Origin: Candidatus Tayloriibacteriota bacterium
GTDB lineage: Bacteria; Patescibacteriota; Minisyncoccia; Phycocordibacterales; SIBU01
Direction: 5' to 3'
Length of the DNA: 64,000 nt
Assembly (NCBI GenBank): GCA_016188455.1
Contig: JACPHR010000018.1
Location: 5,079 to 69,078, forward strand
Each line of letters starts with the position of its first letter. Position 1 is the stretch's first letter. Below are positions 25,940-35,621 of this stretch, piece after piece. The notes beneath the pieces were generated by a model. It did no database searches. It saw only the letters and a list, made by a program, of their open reading frames with translations, and was not told where the DNA came from. Made by a program: the position numbers and the translations under genes.

Positions 25940-26538
25940 CGTTTTATTAGTGGTACGGCGTCCGTAAGTTTTTTAATTATAAAATCCGGTTTGATATCGC
26001 CCAGTTGCCGCTCAATGATTCTTAAATTTTCCGCCGCGTCTATGTTGGCGAGAAGCATGGTTTTGCAGCCGGCCGCTTTGCCCGCCAGTACGTCCGCTAC
26101 GCCGTCTCCTATCGTCCATGAAGAGTTTAAGTCAATGTCGTGTTCTTTGGCGGCTTCCAGAAATAAACCCACCCCGGGTTTTCGGCAGTCGCATTTTTTT
26201 CTGAATTTTTTGACTTTGGCGAAGGGATGGTGGAAGCAGTAATACTCCGCGTCAATCGTTACGGCTTCTTTTTTCAGCAGGCCTTTAATTTTTCGGGAGA
26301 TTCGCGCGAAGTTGGCTTCGCTGGTTTTTGCCAACGCCAGATTCGGCTGGTTGGATATAATAATCAAAAGATACCCAAGTTTTTTGGCCCATTTTAAGAG
26401 CGGCACGATGCCAAACACCAGTCGAACCTGCGCGGTATTAAGCGGGCTCTCAATGACGCCGTATTCGGGGTCGTAGCGGAGCTCGTTTATGATGCCGTCT
26501 CTATCCAAAAATATAGCCCTTTTTTTCCTTGCAAACAT
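25930..26538 (-). CDS. gmhB: D,D-heptose 1,7-bisphosphate phosphatase (HAD-IIIA)
   Basis: AIFLDRDGIIN (HAD motif I), Zn-finger-like CFHHP...CDCRKP, ...IGDGVADV.... Start refined to MFARKK. Confidence 0.7.
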   Translation of the reverse strand: MFARKKRAIFLDRDGIINELRYDPEYGVIESPLNTAQVRLVFGIVPLLKWAKKLGYLLIIISNQPNLALAKTSEANFARISRKIKGLLKKEAVTIDAEYYCFHHPFAKVKKFRKKCDCRKPGVGLFLEAAKEHDIDLNSSWTIGDGVADVLAGKAAGCKTMLLANIDAAENLRIIERQLGDIKPDFIIKKLTDAVPLIKRSR

Positions 26539-26566
26539 GGGTTTAGAGTATACAATATCACTTATC

Positions 26567-27358
26567 ATGCAAAAGAAGCAATTACATTTCAACCGGAGCA
26601 TTTTTTTGGATTCTTCCAAGGTGAGCGAGATAGAGAAGTGGAACGGCACGGGAGTGATTGACGGCGTGACCACCAATCAGAGCATCATGCTCAAAGACGG
26701 TTTGACGCTGACACAATTGAAGCCGACTATCAAAGCCATTTGCAAAATAATGAAGGGCAAGCCGGTATCAATAGAGTTGACCGACAGCAAAGCCACAGTG
26801 GCGGAAATGGTGAGCGAAGCGAAAAAATACAGAGCGCTGGCGGCCAACGTCGTCATTAAGGTGCCCATGATACCGGGAGACGTAAAAAGTTTGGTGGTGA
26901 TTAAAAAACTTTGCGAGCTGAAAATAGCCGTCAACGTAACCGCCATGATGACTTTTGAGCAGTTGGTGGCCGCCTCTCTGGCCGTCAAGGACAACCCCTC
27001 TCCTTCTTTCGTCAGCTTGTTTTGGGCGAGAAGCATTGAAGACCACGAGCGATACAGAGGGGTGGAAGCGTTCGTTAAGAGCCATGAAATGATGGGGCCC
27101 GAATCTAAAGTTAACACTCATCCGGCAAAAATTGTCGCAGCCATCGGAGAGTTTCTGCAATCCGGCGGTTACGACAACCCGAAACTGATAGTGGGCAGCA
27201 TTAGAAACGTGTCGCAAGTGGGCGAAGCCATAGCCGCCGGCGGCAACATCCTTACGGTACAGCCGGCTATTTTGGAAGCCATGCTCTATAGCCAGCGCAC
27301 CGTTGAGACTAACGCCGATTTTGACAAGTCCTGGGTGGCCTTAAAACAACGCTCTTAA
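26567..27358 (+). CDS. Transaldolase (Fsa/TalC-type)
   Basis: ...FLDSS...GVIDGVTTNQSIM... transaldolase signature. Start refined to MQKKQL. Confidence 0.65.
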   Translation: MQKKQLHFNRSIFLDSSKVSEIEKWNGTGVIDGVTTNQSIMLKDGLTLTQLKPTIKAICKIMKGKPVSIELTDSKATVAEMVSEAKKYRALAANVVIKVPMIPGDVKSLVVIKKLCELKIAVNVTAMMTFEQLVAASLAVKDNPSPSFVSLFWARSIEDHERYRGVEAFVKSHEMMGPESKVNTHPAKIVAAIGEFLQSGGYDNPKLIVGSIRNVSQVGEAIAAGGNILTVQPAILEAMLYSQRTVETNADFDKSWVALKQRS

Positions 27359-27364
27359 CCCGAC

Positions 27365-28213
27365 ATGAGTGATTTTAGCGGCAAATGCGTCATAGTCACC
27401 GGCGGTTCGCGCGGCATCGGCAAGGCGATAGCCGAAGAATTTTTCGGGCTGGGCGCCCGAGTTTTAATTTGCGCCAGGGGTCGCGAGGAACTGGAAGCCG
27501 CCTGTAAAGAAATAGACCCAAAGGGTAAAAAGTTTTTTGGGATAAAAGCGGATGTTTCAAAGATTGCTGATTGCCAGAAAGTAATAAATTTTGCCCTTAA
27601 AAAATTCGGCACGATTGATGTTTTAGTGAATAACGCCGGCGCTTACGGCGAAATCGGCGCGTTGGAAAAAGTTGACCTTGAAAATTGGGCAAAGACTTTA
27701 GCAGTCAATCTTTTGGGAACGGTTTACTGCACCAAACTGGCGATTGCCGTCATGAAAAAAGCCCGAGCCGGCAAAATTATTAATTTTGCCGGCGGGGGAA
27801 TCGGCGGCAAAAAACCTCTGCCGAATTTTTCCGCCTATTACACCTCAAAAATGGCCATCGCCGGCTTTACGGAAACCGTTGCCGCCGAAGTCGCAGAATG
27901 GGGCATACAAATTAATTGCGTATCGCCCGGGGCGGTCAATACCGGCATTACCGACTGCTTGATAGCCCAAGGGCCGGAAAAAGCGGGAGAGGAAATGTAC
28001 CGGCAATCGCTCCGGCAAAAAAAGACCGGCGGCACGCCGCCCAAGATGACCGTGGACCTTATCAGTTTTTTATGTTCCGAAGAAGCTGACCAAATTACCG
28101 GCAGGTTGCTCTCCGCCAAATGGGACAGGATTGAAGTTTTGAAAAAATTGGAAAAGGAAGGGGACCTGTTCAAATTAAGAAGAATTGACAATGACTTATT
28201 CCGCGCCAAGTAA
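27365..28213 (+). CDS. SDR-family oxidoreductase
   Basis: CVIVTGGSRGIGKAIA (TGxxxGxG), ...NNAG..., YxxxK (YYTSKMAIAG). Confidence 0.7.
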   Translation: MSDFSGKCVIVTGGSRGIGKAIAEEFFGLGARVLICARGREELEAACKEIDPKGKKFFGIKADVSKIADCQKVINFALKKFGTIDVLVNNAGAYGEIGALEKVDLENWAKTLAVNLLGTVYCTKLAIAVMKKARAGKIINFAGGGIGGKKPLPNFSAYYTSKMAIAGFTETVAAEVAEWGIQINCVSPGAVNTGITDCLIAQGPEKAGEEMYRQSLRQKKTGGTPPKMTVDLISFLCSEEADQITGRLLSAKWDRIEVLKKLEKEGDLFKLRRIDNDLFRAK

Positions 28214-29594
28214 AACCACACACCTTGGCCCTCACACCCGACATACATTTGGTGGTGCGGGGGCAAGGAAGAGTAGAAACCAGCGCGGAGCGCGGGGTAT
28301 TCATGCAAGGTGTGAGGGTAAAAATATCGCCGTAGTCGGCTTGTGGCATTTGGGCTCCGTCTATGCGGCGTCCCTGGCCAAAATGGGCTTTAACGTCTGG
28401 GGTTTTGATTTTGACAAAAAAACGGCGGCCAATCTGAAAAAAGGCATCCCGCCGATTTTTGAACCGGGGCTTGAAGAAACGATAAAAAAACACCTCAATA
28501 AAAATCTTTTTTTCTCGGCCTCGGAAAAAACACTCAAAAACAAAGATTACATTTTCATAACCCACGATTTGGAAGTGGACGCGGACGACTCGGTGAAAAC
28601 GGCCGTACTGGAAAAAACTTTCTCCGTGATTTTAAATTCGGCGGGCGACTCGGTCATTGTGATTTCCAGCCAAGCGCCCGTCGGTACGTCAAGAATTTTG
28701 GTGAATTTACTGAAAAAGCGGGGGATTGAAAATCCCCAAGTCGTTTGCTTTCCCGAGAATTTAAGATTAGGTACGGCTCTCGCTTCTTTTTTAAATCCGG
28801 ACAGGATAATTTTAGGTTCGGACAACGGGGAAGTTTTAAGGCAATTTCAAAATGATTTTAAATTTGGTTGTCCGGTAATCGCCATGGGCCTGGAAAGCGC
28901 CGAAATGGCCAAACACGGCTTGAACGTTTACTTGGCCACCTGCATTTCTTTCGCCAGCGAGCTGTCCGACTTGGCGGAAAAGACCGGCGCCAACATGGCG
29001 GACGTGGTCAAGGCTCTGAAGCTGGAGAAGCGGGTCAGTCCCCACGCTCCCATAAATCCGGGCTTGGGTTTCGCGGGCGGTACGCTCGGGAGAGATGTTC
29101 AATCTTTGAGAAAAGTAGCCAAAGGTCATAACTATGAACCCAAACTTTTAAACGCCGTTTATGCCGTTAACCGAGACAGGTTGCCGGCGCTCGTTTCAAA
29201 AATCAAATCCGTTTACCCGTCTTTAAAAGGCAAAACCGTCGGTATTTTGGGCTTGACTTATAAGCCGAATACCAATACCTTGAGAAGGTCCAACTCTTTG
29301 GAGCTGGCCGCCATGCTGAAAGAAAAAGGCTGCCGATTAAAAGCCTTTGACCCGGCGATTAAAAACATGATTACCGGCGCCCCTTACGTTGAAATCTGCA
29401 AGAATCTTGGAGCTTTTTTTAGAGACCTTGACGCGATAATTTTGATGACCGACTGGCCGGAATTTTTGGCGATGGACTTGGAGAGATTGCCGCTCTTGAT
29501 GCACAATAAAATTATCATAGACACTAAAAATTTTCTGACGTCTTCCGAATACAAAAAGCGCGGTTTTACTTATTTGGGAATGGGAATCAATTAA
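28185..29594 (+). CDS. NDP-sugar dehydrogenase (UDP-glucose/GDP-mannose dehydrogenase family)
   Basis: KNIAVVGLWHLGSVYAASLA N-terminal NAD fold, central and C-terminal UDPG_MGDP_dh regions. The true start is uncertain (no in-frame ATG near the fold). Confidence 0.65.
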   Translation: MTMTYSAPSKTTHLGPHTRHTFGGAGARKSRNQRGARGIHARCEGKNIAVVGLWHLGSVYAASLAKMGFNVWGFDFDKKTAANLKKGIPPIFEPGLEETIKKHLNKNLFFSASEKTLKNKDYIFITHDLEVDADDSVKTAVLEKTFSVILNSAGDSVIVISSQAPVGTSRILVNLLKKRGIENPQVVCFPENLRLGTALASFLNPDRIILGSDNGEVLRQFQNDFKFGCPVIAMGLESAEMAKHGLNVYLATCISFASELSDLAEKTGANMADVVKALKLEKRVSPHAPINPGLGFAGGTLGRDVQSLRKVAKGHNYEPKLLNAVYAVNRDRLPALVSKIKSVYPSLKGKTVGILGLTYKPNTNTLRRSNSLELAAMLKEKGCRLKAFDPAIKNMITGAPYVEICKNLGAFFRDLDAIILMTDWPEFLAMDLERLPLLMHNKIIIDTKNFLTSSEYKKRGFTYLGMGIN

Positions 29595-29602
29595 TAACAT
29601 GA

Positions 29603-29710
29603 CCTTGAATTACAAAACTCATTGCTCCAAGAAACCTCTCCCGCTTGCCTAACTCCGGACAAGGCGCGCGGGAGGGGTTTCTCTCCGCGGATAATGAGTT
29701 TCGTAATTCA
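29603..29710. mobile_element. Family-A palindromic MITE-like element
   Basis: ccttgaattacaaaactcat...atgagtttcgtaattca perfect ends. Core ccggacaaggcgcgcgggaggggtttc. Ends 7 nt before the next ATG. Confidence 0.55.
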
Positions 29711-29717
29711 CAGTAAT

Positions 29718-30686
29718 ATGGACATCGCCATTATAGGAGCGGGTTTAATAGGAAAGAAAAGAGCCCGAGCTTTGCCCAAAGGAGTGCGTTTGCGCGCGGT
29801 TTGCGATATTGACCGAGAGAGAGCCCTGAAATTTTCCGAAGAGTTTCAGTGCGACAGCGAAACCAATTGGCGAAAAACGGTAGCCGACCCTCTCATAGAG
29901 GCGGTGATAATTGCCACTCCCAACAAGCATTTGTCGGTAATTGCCGCGGCCGCCATTGCCCGCGGCAAGCACGTGCTCGTGGAAAAACCGGGGGCTAAAA
30001 ATTTGAAAGAACTGCAAAAAATTATCGCGGCCTATTGCCAAAGAAAAGTCGTCGTCATGTTCGGTTATAACCATCGCTATCATGCCGCCATTGAAAAGGC
30101 CAAAAAAATCGTTGATTCCAAAAAGTACGGCAAGGTTTTGTTTATCAGAGCCAAGTACGGCCATGGCGGGAGATTGGGCTACGAAAAAGAATGGCGATTC
30201 AACGAAGATTTGGCGGGCGGCGGGGAATTGCTTGACCAGGGGACGCACTTGATTGACTTGGTCAATTTTTTCTGCGGGGCGTTAAATTACCACTCCAGTT
30301 ATCTGGGCACTCTTTTTTGGCGGACAAAATTAGAGGATTCATCCTTTGTTATTCTCAAGGGCGATAAAACGGCGGCCAATTTATCGGCCACTTGCGTTGA
30401 ATGGAAGAACCTTTTTTGTTTTGAAATAATGCTTGAGAGTGCCAAGATTCAGATTGACGGTTTGGGCAGAAGCTACGGAACGGAAAAGTTGACTCTGTAC
30501 GTCATGAGTCCTGAAATGGGACCGCCGAAAGTCACGGAATTTAATTTTCCGGGCGAGGACCTTTCGTGGAAAAAGGAAAATGAAGTTTTTTTCAAAAGAA
30601 TACGCTCCCGCGATTTTTCCGAACAGGCCCTGCGGGACGCTCAATACGTTTTAAGCATTATCAGTAAAACTTACGCAAAAAAATGA
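29718..30686 (+). CDS. Gfo/Idh/MocA-family NAD(P)-dependent oxidoreductase
   Basis: MDIAIIGAGLIGKKRA... and ...EKP... motifs. Start refined past the MITE. Confidence 0.7.
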   Translation: MDIAIIGAGLIGKKRARALPKGVRLRAVCDIDRERALKFSEEFQCDSETNWRKTVADPLIEAVIIATPNKHLSVIAAAAIARGKHVLVEKPGAKNLKELQKIIAAYCQRKVVVMFGYNHRYHAAIEKAKKIVDSKKYGKVLFIRAKYGHGGRLGYEKEWRFNEDLAGGGELLDQGTHLIDLVNFFCGALNYHSSYLGTLFWRTKLEDSSFVILKGDKTAANLSATCVEWKNLFCFEIMLESAKIQIDGLGRSYGTEKLTLYVMSPEMGPPKVTEFNFPGEDLSWKKENEVFFKRIRSRDFSEQALRDAQYVLSIISKTYAKK

Positions 30687-31627
30687 AGTATTTGATAACA
30701 GGCGGGGCGGGCTTTATCGGTTCGCACATAGTGGACTGCGTTCTTAAAAACGGGGACAGAGTTGTTGTCTATGATAATTTTTCAACCGGCAAAGAATTAT
30801 TCGTGGCACACAATTTAAGCAACAAAAACTTCAAGTTGACGGAAGGCGATGTGTTGGACACCAAAAAGTTAACCTCAGCGATGAAGGGCGCGGATTTTGT
30901 TTTCCACATGGCCGGGCACGCTGATGTCAGAGGGGGGTTTGATGATCACAGTGTTGATCACATCCAAAATTTGGAGGCGACCCAGTCCGTGTTGGAAGCC
31001 ATGCAAAAAACCGGCGTCACCAAAATAGCCTTCCCTTCTACCTCTTCGGTCTACGGAGACGCCACGGTTCATCCCACCCCGGAGGATTACCCTTTTGAAC
31101 CGACTTCACTTTACGGCGCCACCAAAGCCGCGGCTGAAAATTATATACGGGCCTACGCCAGTTATTACGATTGGCAAGCGTACATTTTTCGCTTCGTGTC
31201 TTTTGTCGGCGAAAGATACACCCATGGCATTATTTTTGACGTTTTGAAAAAGCTCAAAAAAAATCCGAAAGTGCTGGAGCTTCTCTCCGACGGCACTCCC
31301 AAGAAATCGTCGGTCTATGTGGCGGATGGAGTAGAAGCCATATTTAAGGTAATTGGTTCAACCCGCGACCGAGTTAATATTTTTAACATCGGCCATCAAG
31401 ACATTCTTACCGTTGATGAAATCGTTGACACCATTTTGGCGGCCGCCGGCGTTGAAATCAGGAAAAAATATCTCGGTGGCGAAAGAGGTTGGAAGGGCGA
31501 CAACAGTTTCGTTTATCTTGACGGCCGTAAGCTGAAAAAATTGGGTTGGGAGCAGAAATATAGCTTTCAAGAAGGCATCAGAAAAACAGTGGCGTATTTG
31601 AAAAATAATCCGGACCTTTTAGATTAG
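30683..31627 (+). CDS. NAD-dependent epimerase/dehydratase (GalE-like)
   Basis: LITGGAGFIGSH..., YGATKAAAE. Confidence 0.7.
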   Translation: MKYLITGGAGFIGSHIVDCVLKNGDRVVVYDNFSTGKELFVAHNLSNKNFKLTEGDVLDTKKLTSAMKGADFVFHMAGHADVRGGFDDHSVDHIQNLEATQSVLEAMQKTGVTKIAFPSTSSVYGDATVHPTPEDYPFEPTSLYGATKAAAENYIRAYASYYDWQAYIFRFVSFVGERYTHGIIFDVLKKLKKNPKVLELLSDGTPKKSSVYVADGVEAIFKVIGSTRDRVNIFNIGHQDILTVDEIVDTILAAAGVEIRKKYLGGERGWKGDNSFVYLDGRKLKKLGWEQKYSFQEGIRKTVAYLKNNPDLLD

Positions 31628-31673
31628 TCCTTCCGCCTCTCAGGATACTCTGGATACTCTGAAAATCTCCTTG

Positions 31674-31709
31674 TTACCTAACTCAAGCGTACGCTTGAGT
31701 TAGGTAACA
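31674..31709. repeat. Perfect 36-bp palindrome (copy 1 of 2)
   Basis: gttacctaactcaagcgtacgcttgagttaggtaac. Identical 41-mer context at 43032-43072. Confidence 0.6.
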
Positions 31710-31784
31710 TAGGTGACAGGTGACCGGTGACAGATGTTTTCGCGACACAGTCAGTGTTTATGATTGACGGCTTTGTTGGTATAT

Positions 31785-31820
31785 AAAAACGCCCTAGGCA
31801 AACCAGTTGCTAAGGGCGTT
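31785..31820 (-). terminator. Rho-independent terminator (minus strand)
   Basis: acgccctag-gcaaaccagttg-ctaagggcgt hairpin; A-run on plus strand means a T-tract after the stem on minus. Downstream of the 31841 stop. Confidence 0.5.
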
Positions 31821-31840
31821 GTGATGAAGCAGGTCGCGGC

Positions 31841-32599
31841 TTAGGCGCCGTCCCGCCATTCAAGATACTTCAGTACCTCATCTGTGGCAAGTAAGTGGAC
31901 TGACGAGCACTGTTTGGCATAATGCGGGATTTTACGCAGACTCTCAAGAAGGGTCCCGTTCCGTAAGGCGGTTTTCAGAAACATCAATCCGTCCGCCCCA
32001 AGCCGCATCAGCTTGCTCTGTCGCTGATATCGTTTGATGCGACGCAGTTCCTCCACAATAAGGTCCTGGCGTGTAGCCATAAGAATCCCCTGAGAGTGCA
32101 GGACTTTTTGGTCCCAAGGCAACGTTGAACCGACCTGATTGTAAACTCGTAGGGTCGTGTTCTGCAGAAGCCTTATCGCGGTTACCATGGAGATGAATGC
32201 TCGGAGCTGGTGAAAAGGGGCAGCGACAATGATGAGCTTTCCCCACCCTTGGTCGTGGGCGTATTTCGCCAAGGCCTTGGCTTCCGAAAAAGTGTGCCCC
32301 AGTTCCAGACAAGGGATGCCGGTGATTTGAGAGGCGCGCACACCGCCTTCAGACAAGTGCTTTTTCCATACCCCGATTCCCTCATAGCCCTTGTTTTTTT
32401 CACCTTGAGCGTCATGTAGCAGAAGCCTTGAGACCACATTATCACGCAAAAGCTCTGCACCTCTCTCAAGCACGGAGTGTTTATTATCCGCTGTCTGGCC
32501 AAAGAGGTATGCCGCGGGAGCACGGTGAATCGTATCCGTCAGCACCATCGTTGCGAGCTGAAGCAGTTTTTCCGCCTCCGTAGGTTGAGTTTGAAGCAC
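31841..32599 (-). CDS. DUF218 (YdcF/ElyC-like) domain protein
   Basis: ...HTFSEAKALAKYAHDQGWGKLIIVAAPFHQLRA matches the DUF218 core. Confidence 0.45.
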   Translation of the reverse strand: MLQTQPTEAEKLLQLATMVLTDTIHRAPAAYLFGQTADNKHSVLERGAELLRDNVVSRLLLHDAQGEKNKGYEGIGVWKKHLSEGGVRASQITGIPCLELGHTFSEAKALAKYAHDQGWGKLIIVAAPFHQLRAFISMVTAIRLLQNTTLRVYNQVGSTLPWDQKVLHSQGILMATRQDLIVEELRRIKRYQRQSKLMRLGADGLMFLKTALRNGTLLESLRKIPHYAKQCSSVHLLATDEVLKYLEWRDGA

Positions 32600-32707
32600 A
32601 AGGCCTCCTTTTTGTTATGGGTTTTTGATCTGACGCAATTATACCTATATTCTATAATCTGTCAATCTCACAAGAGGCGATTCGGATTGGAGCTTTGGGC
32701 TAAGTCA

Positions 32708-33727
32708 TCAATTCATTTTGAGCAGGCACTTGATGAAAAATTTCAAGAGTGCGGGCCACTCTTCTTTTTTATTGAGGCATTTTGAAAGGGGAGAAGACCA
32801 GAATTTTTTCCAGCCGTAGAATCCGACCCGCGCGTTGGTCTGAAGGGTCGTTAGAAACCTCTCCGCCATCACTTCATTGAAGGTTTTTACGTCATACCTG
32901 TTGGTTTTACGATTGGCTTCAATCAGTTTCAGAAGCCACAGTTCGCGTCTGTCCATAAATTTTTTCACTTCTTCAGCCGTGCCGACAAAAGTGTAGCTCG
33001 CTCTGTGCAAGGCTAGTGCTTCCGCGTCAGCCCGCACACCCAGACCTTCAAGCTGGGAGAGTATAACCTGATTGACGGCCTGGCGCAGTAAAGCGCTTTT
33101 TCTGGTGGTGGTGTTTTCATTGTGGGCGCGGTATTTCAGGAGGATTTTCCGAAGGTTTTTCGCTTTCCATGTTTTGAGCATTCGCACCCACAAAGCGTAA
33201 TCTTCAGAAGTGCCTTCAATGTAGCCTTCCGGCGGAACGGCTTTTTTTCTGATTAGCAGGGAAGACTGGGCGAAACAGTTGCCGAAAAGCAGACGGATGG
33301 GAATTTTTTCGCTTGGAATTTCCTCTTGCCACCGAGCGCCGGTGGCTTTGCCGGTTTCGTCAATGACGGAGACGCCTCCCCCGACCAGGCCGAAATCCGG
33401 ATTTTTTTCCAGAAAAGCCACCTCCAGTTTCAGGCGGTCTTTGAGGGCGATATCGTCAGAGTCCAAAGGGGCGATGAATTCGCCGCGACTGGCTTCAAGT
33501 CCGTGATTGCGCGATTCCACAATGGTAGTTTTCTTATCGCTCTGCAAAAGCACGATACGGGTGTCGGCAAAAGACCTGATAATCTCCAAACTTTTATCGG
33601 TTGAGCCGTCGTTTATGATGAGCAGTTCAAAGTCCGTGAAGCTTTGGTTCAGAACGCTTTGAATGGCCAGCCGAAGGTATTTTTCGCTGTTATAGACGGG
33701 CATAATGACGCTTACACGCGGGTTCAT
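32708..33727 (-). CDS. Family 2 glycosyltransferase
   Basis: VSVIMPVYNSEKYL...LLIINDGSTDKS and DSDD motif. Confidence 0.7.
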   Translation of the reverse strand: MNPRVSVIMPVYNSEKYLRLAIQSVLNQSFTDFELLIINDGSTDKSLEIIRSFADTRIVLLQSDKKTTIVESRNHGLEASRGEFIAPLDSDDIALKDRLKLEVAFLEKNPDFGLVGGGVSVIDETGKATGARWQEEIPSEKIPIRLLFGNCFAQSSLLIRKKAVPPEGYIEGTSEDYALWVRMLKTWKAKNLRKILLKYRAHNENTTTRKSALLRQAVNQVILSQLEGLGVRADAEALALHRASYTFVGTAEEVKKFMDRRELWLLKLIEANRKTNRYDVKTFNEVMAERFLTTLQTNARVGFYGWKKFWSSPLSKCLNKKEEWPALLKFFIKCLLKMN

Positions 33728-34587
33728 AAAGTTTGTAAAGTTATAAAGTTTGGTGACAGGAGGCCGGTTTTTCTAGAAAGATCCACGAACCATTTCTTGG
33801 GCGCGATGACTATTTTCCGCGGGTTTTGGTTGAGCCAAGCGCCCCACCAGCTCATAGTGGAGTTGGCGATGATGTTGTGCCGGCACCGGCTCATCAGCGC
33901 CAATTCTTCACAGTCGCCGATTGCCGGTCGGGAAACAAAAGTGACCGCGTAGTCTTTCGGAAAATGTTCCTTCGCCCAAAGGATGTCGTCCGATGATACG
34001 AAAAAGCGGGCATCGGGAAAGTTTTCAAGAATTTTTTCGCAGGCGGCCTTGTAATAGGCGAGCGGCAAAACTCCGTGGCGGTCGGTGATTTTTTTTATGG
34101 CAACATAGTCGCCGCGGCGGATATGGAGGCTCGTGCCGTTCGGTTCGCGCGCCATTCGCGCCGCCATCTTTTCCGCCTCGCGGCCGAAAGGGTTTTTCAA
34201 AGTGAAGTTCTCCCGGACTTTTTTTTCATAACCTTTGAAGTACCGCTCGTCCTGCCAATGGCCGTCAAAATAGCCGTCATCGCGCTTTAAGATTTCCGGG
34301 TCAAAGGCGAAAGATTTTTCCAGAACCGTTTTCTTTTTTAAGTCCGGCCGAAAACGGTCCAGCATTTTTTGAAGAGTGCCGCGATAGGCGCGGATTTCAT
34401 CCGCGCTCGCCTCAGGGGCGGCGACGTTGAGTCCGTCGAGCAGGAAGGAACGACGGCTTTGATTGGGGGAGCGGAGGTAGGAAGAGTCAATTTTGAGTGG
34501 CGCATTGTGCCGCAATGAAAGCCCGCACCCGAGGGCGTATTGGAACATTTGATTGCCGAGGCCGCCTTGTAATTTAACGATAATCAT
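33724..34587 (-). CDS. Alpha-1,2-fucosyltransferase (GT11)
   Basis: GGLGNQMFQYA N-terminal motif, HIRRGDY, ...IIANSTMSWWGAWL GT11 motifs. Confidence 0.8.
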   Translation of the reverse strand: MIIVKLQGGLGNQMFQYALGCGLSLRHNAPLKIDSSYLRSPNQSRRSFLLDGLNVAAPEASADEIRAYRGTLQKMLDRFRPDLKKKTVLEKSFAFDPEILKRDDGYFDGHWQDERYFKGYEKKVRENFTLKNPFGREAEKMAARMAREPNGTSLHIRRGDYVAIKKITDRHGVLPLAYYKAACEKILENFPDARFFVSSDDILWAKEHFPKDYAVTFVSRPAIGDCEELALMSRCRHNIIANSTMSWWGAWLNQNPRKIVIAPKKWFVDLSRKTGLLSPNFITLQTL

Positions 34588-34671
34588 GGCAGATATTATA
34601 ACCCAAGGCTGGTTCCTATGTTGTATCTCAAAAATAAAAGGCTTGCTCCGTGAGAAGCAAGCCTTTGCGCG

Positions 34672-35199
34672 TTAAACCTTAAGGAACTTTTTTACCATCG
34701 CCACTAGGGTGCGGTGGTGAGGGATGGTGTGTCGAGGGAGGTTATTGATGGGGAAGAATTTACCCCCTTCAAGAGCCTCGCCCCTGTATTCCACCATGTA
34801 AAGGTGGGCCAGTTCGTGCCCGCGTCGGCAGTGGTTCCGGCCATCGCCTTTGAGCAGGTCGCGAACACCGACGAAATGCAACTTGCCGAAGTCCTTGCCT
34901 TCGCAGAACACTTCGCTTTTGAGGAGGCGCCTGTAGGCCTCAGCCGTGGTTTCGTTTTGCCGGATAATCGTGCCCGGCTCGTTCCACATGTTCGGCCAGA
35001 ACTTGTCTTTTGGCCCTCGATTAGTCATGAAGACTTCCCAGTCGGTATGCGACAATCGCACAACGGCGAGCTCAAAGGCGACATGGGGCAGGTTCTCCAC
35101 CCAGCCGTCAAATGCCGGCCGAGGTAGAGGAAATTTGGCTTTCGCCAGGAGCTTTCCGAGGAGCACAGCCTCGGATTCCAAAAGACCTTTCTTTTTCAT
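34672..35199 (-). CDS. Hypothetical protein, weak Nudix-like box (possible GDP-sugar hydrolase)
   Basis: ...NEPGTIIRQNETTAEAYRRLLKSEV loosely fits GX5EX7REUXEE. Adjacent to the fucosyltransferase. Confidence 0.25.
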   Translation of the reverse strand: MKKKGLLESEAVLLGKLLAKAKFPLPRPAFDGWVENLPHVAFELAVVRLSHTDWEVFMTNRGPKDKFWPNMWNEPGTIIRQNETTAEAYRRLLKSEVFCEGKDFGKLHFVGVRDLLKGDGRNHCRRGHELAHLYMVEYRGEALEGGKFFPINNLPRHTIPHHRTLVAMVKKFLKV

Positions 35200-35501
35200 G
35201 ATTCTCTTTCTGTGCAGGGTTGAGGTTGAATTGCTGTAACTGACTCTTACAAAAGGTTAGCACGGATTAAGAAAATTGTCAAATAATCGTATCATGACCT
35301 TCACAACACCCAAGGAGTAAAATTATGCATATGTACACAACCAATCCACACATCGCAAAGATCTGCAGGGACGCGGTAAATCTCGTTAAGTATCTAGGCT
35401 AGTCGATCCGCAAAGCCGCCAGATATTTCGGAGTGTACTAAAGCGCGGCGTTGCGTTAGTGTGAAAGAGATATCACTGGGAGATTTCTCATGTTCCCAGG
35501 T

Positions 35502-35541
35502 ACACACATTAACTTTGTACTATAGTACAAAGTTAATGTGT
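35502..35541. repeat. Perfect 40-bp palindrome
   Basis: cacacattaactttgtacta|tagtacaaagttaatgtgtg. Intergenic, upstream of the epimerase gene at 35622. Confidence 0.6.
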
Positions 35542-35621
35542 GGTCGGGCGGAAAATTTTTTAAGTACGCCAGTACACGCGAAATTATGTGGTAAGAGATA
35601 TATCTGCTGAAATGATATATA

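Noticed and set aside
28185-28310. Alternative later start for the NDP-sugar dehydrogenase to avoid the 29-bp overlap with the SDR gene
   Set aside because: No in-frame ATG, GTG or TTG was found between the overlap and the Rossmann motif, so the 28185 start is retained with low certainty for the first about 40 residues.
35330-35410. 25-codon ORF (MHMYTTNPHIAKICRDAVNLVKYLG) in the 35.2-35.6 kb gap, considered as a transposase remnant
   Set aside because: Too short and without a recognisable motif to call; noted only as possible debris near the 40-bp palindrome.
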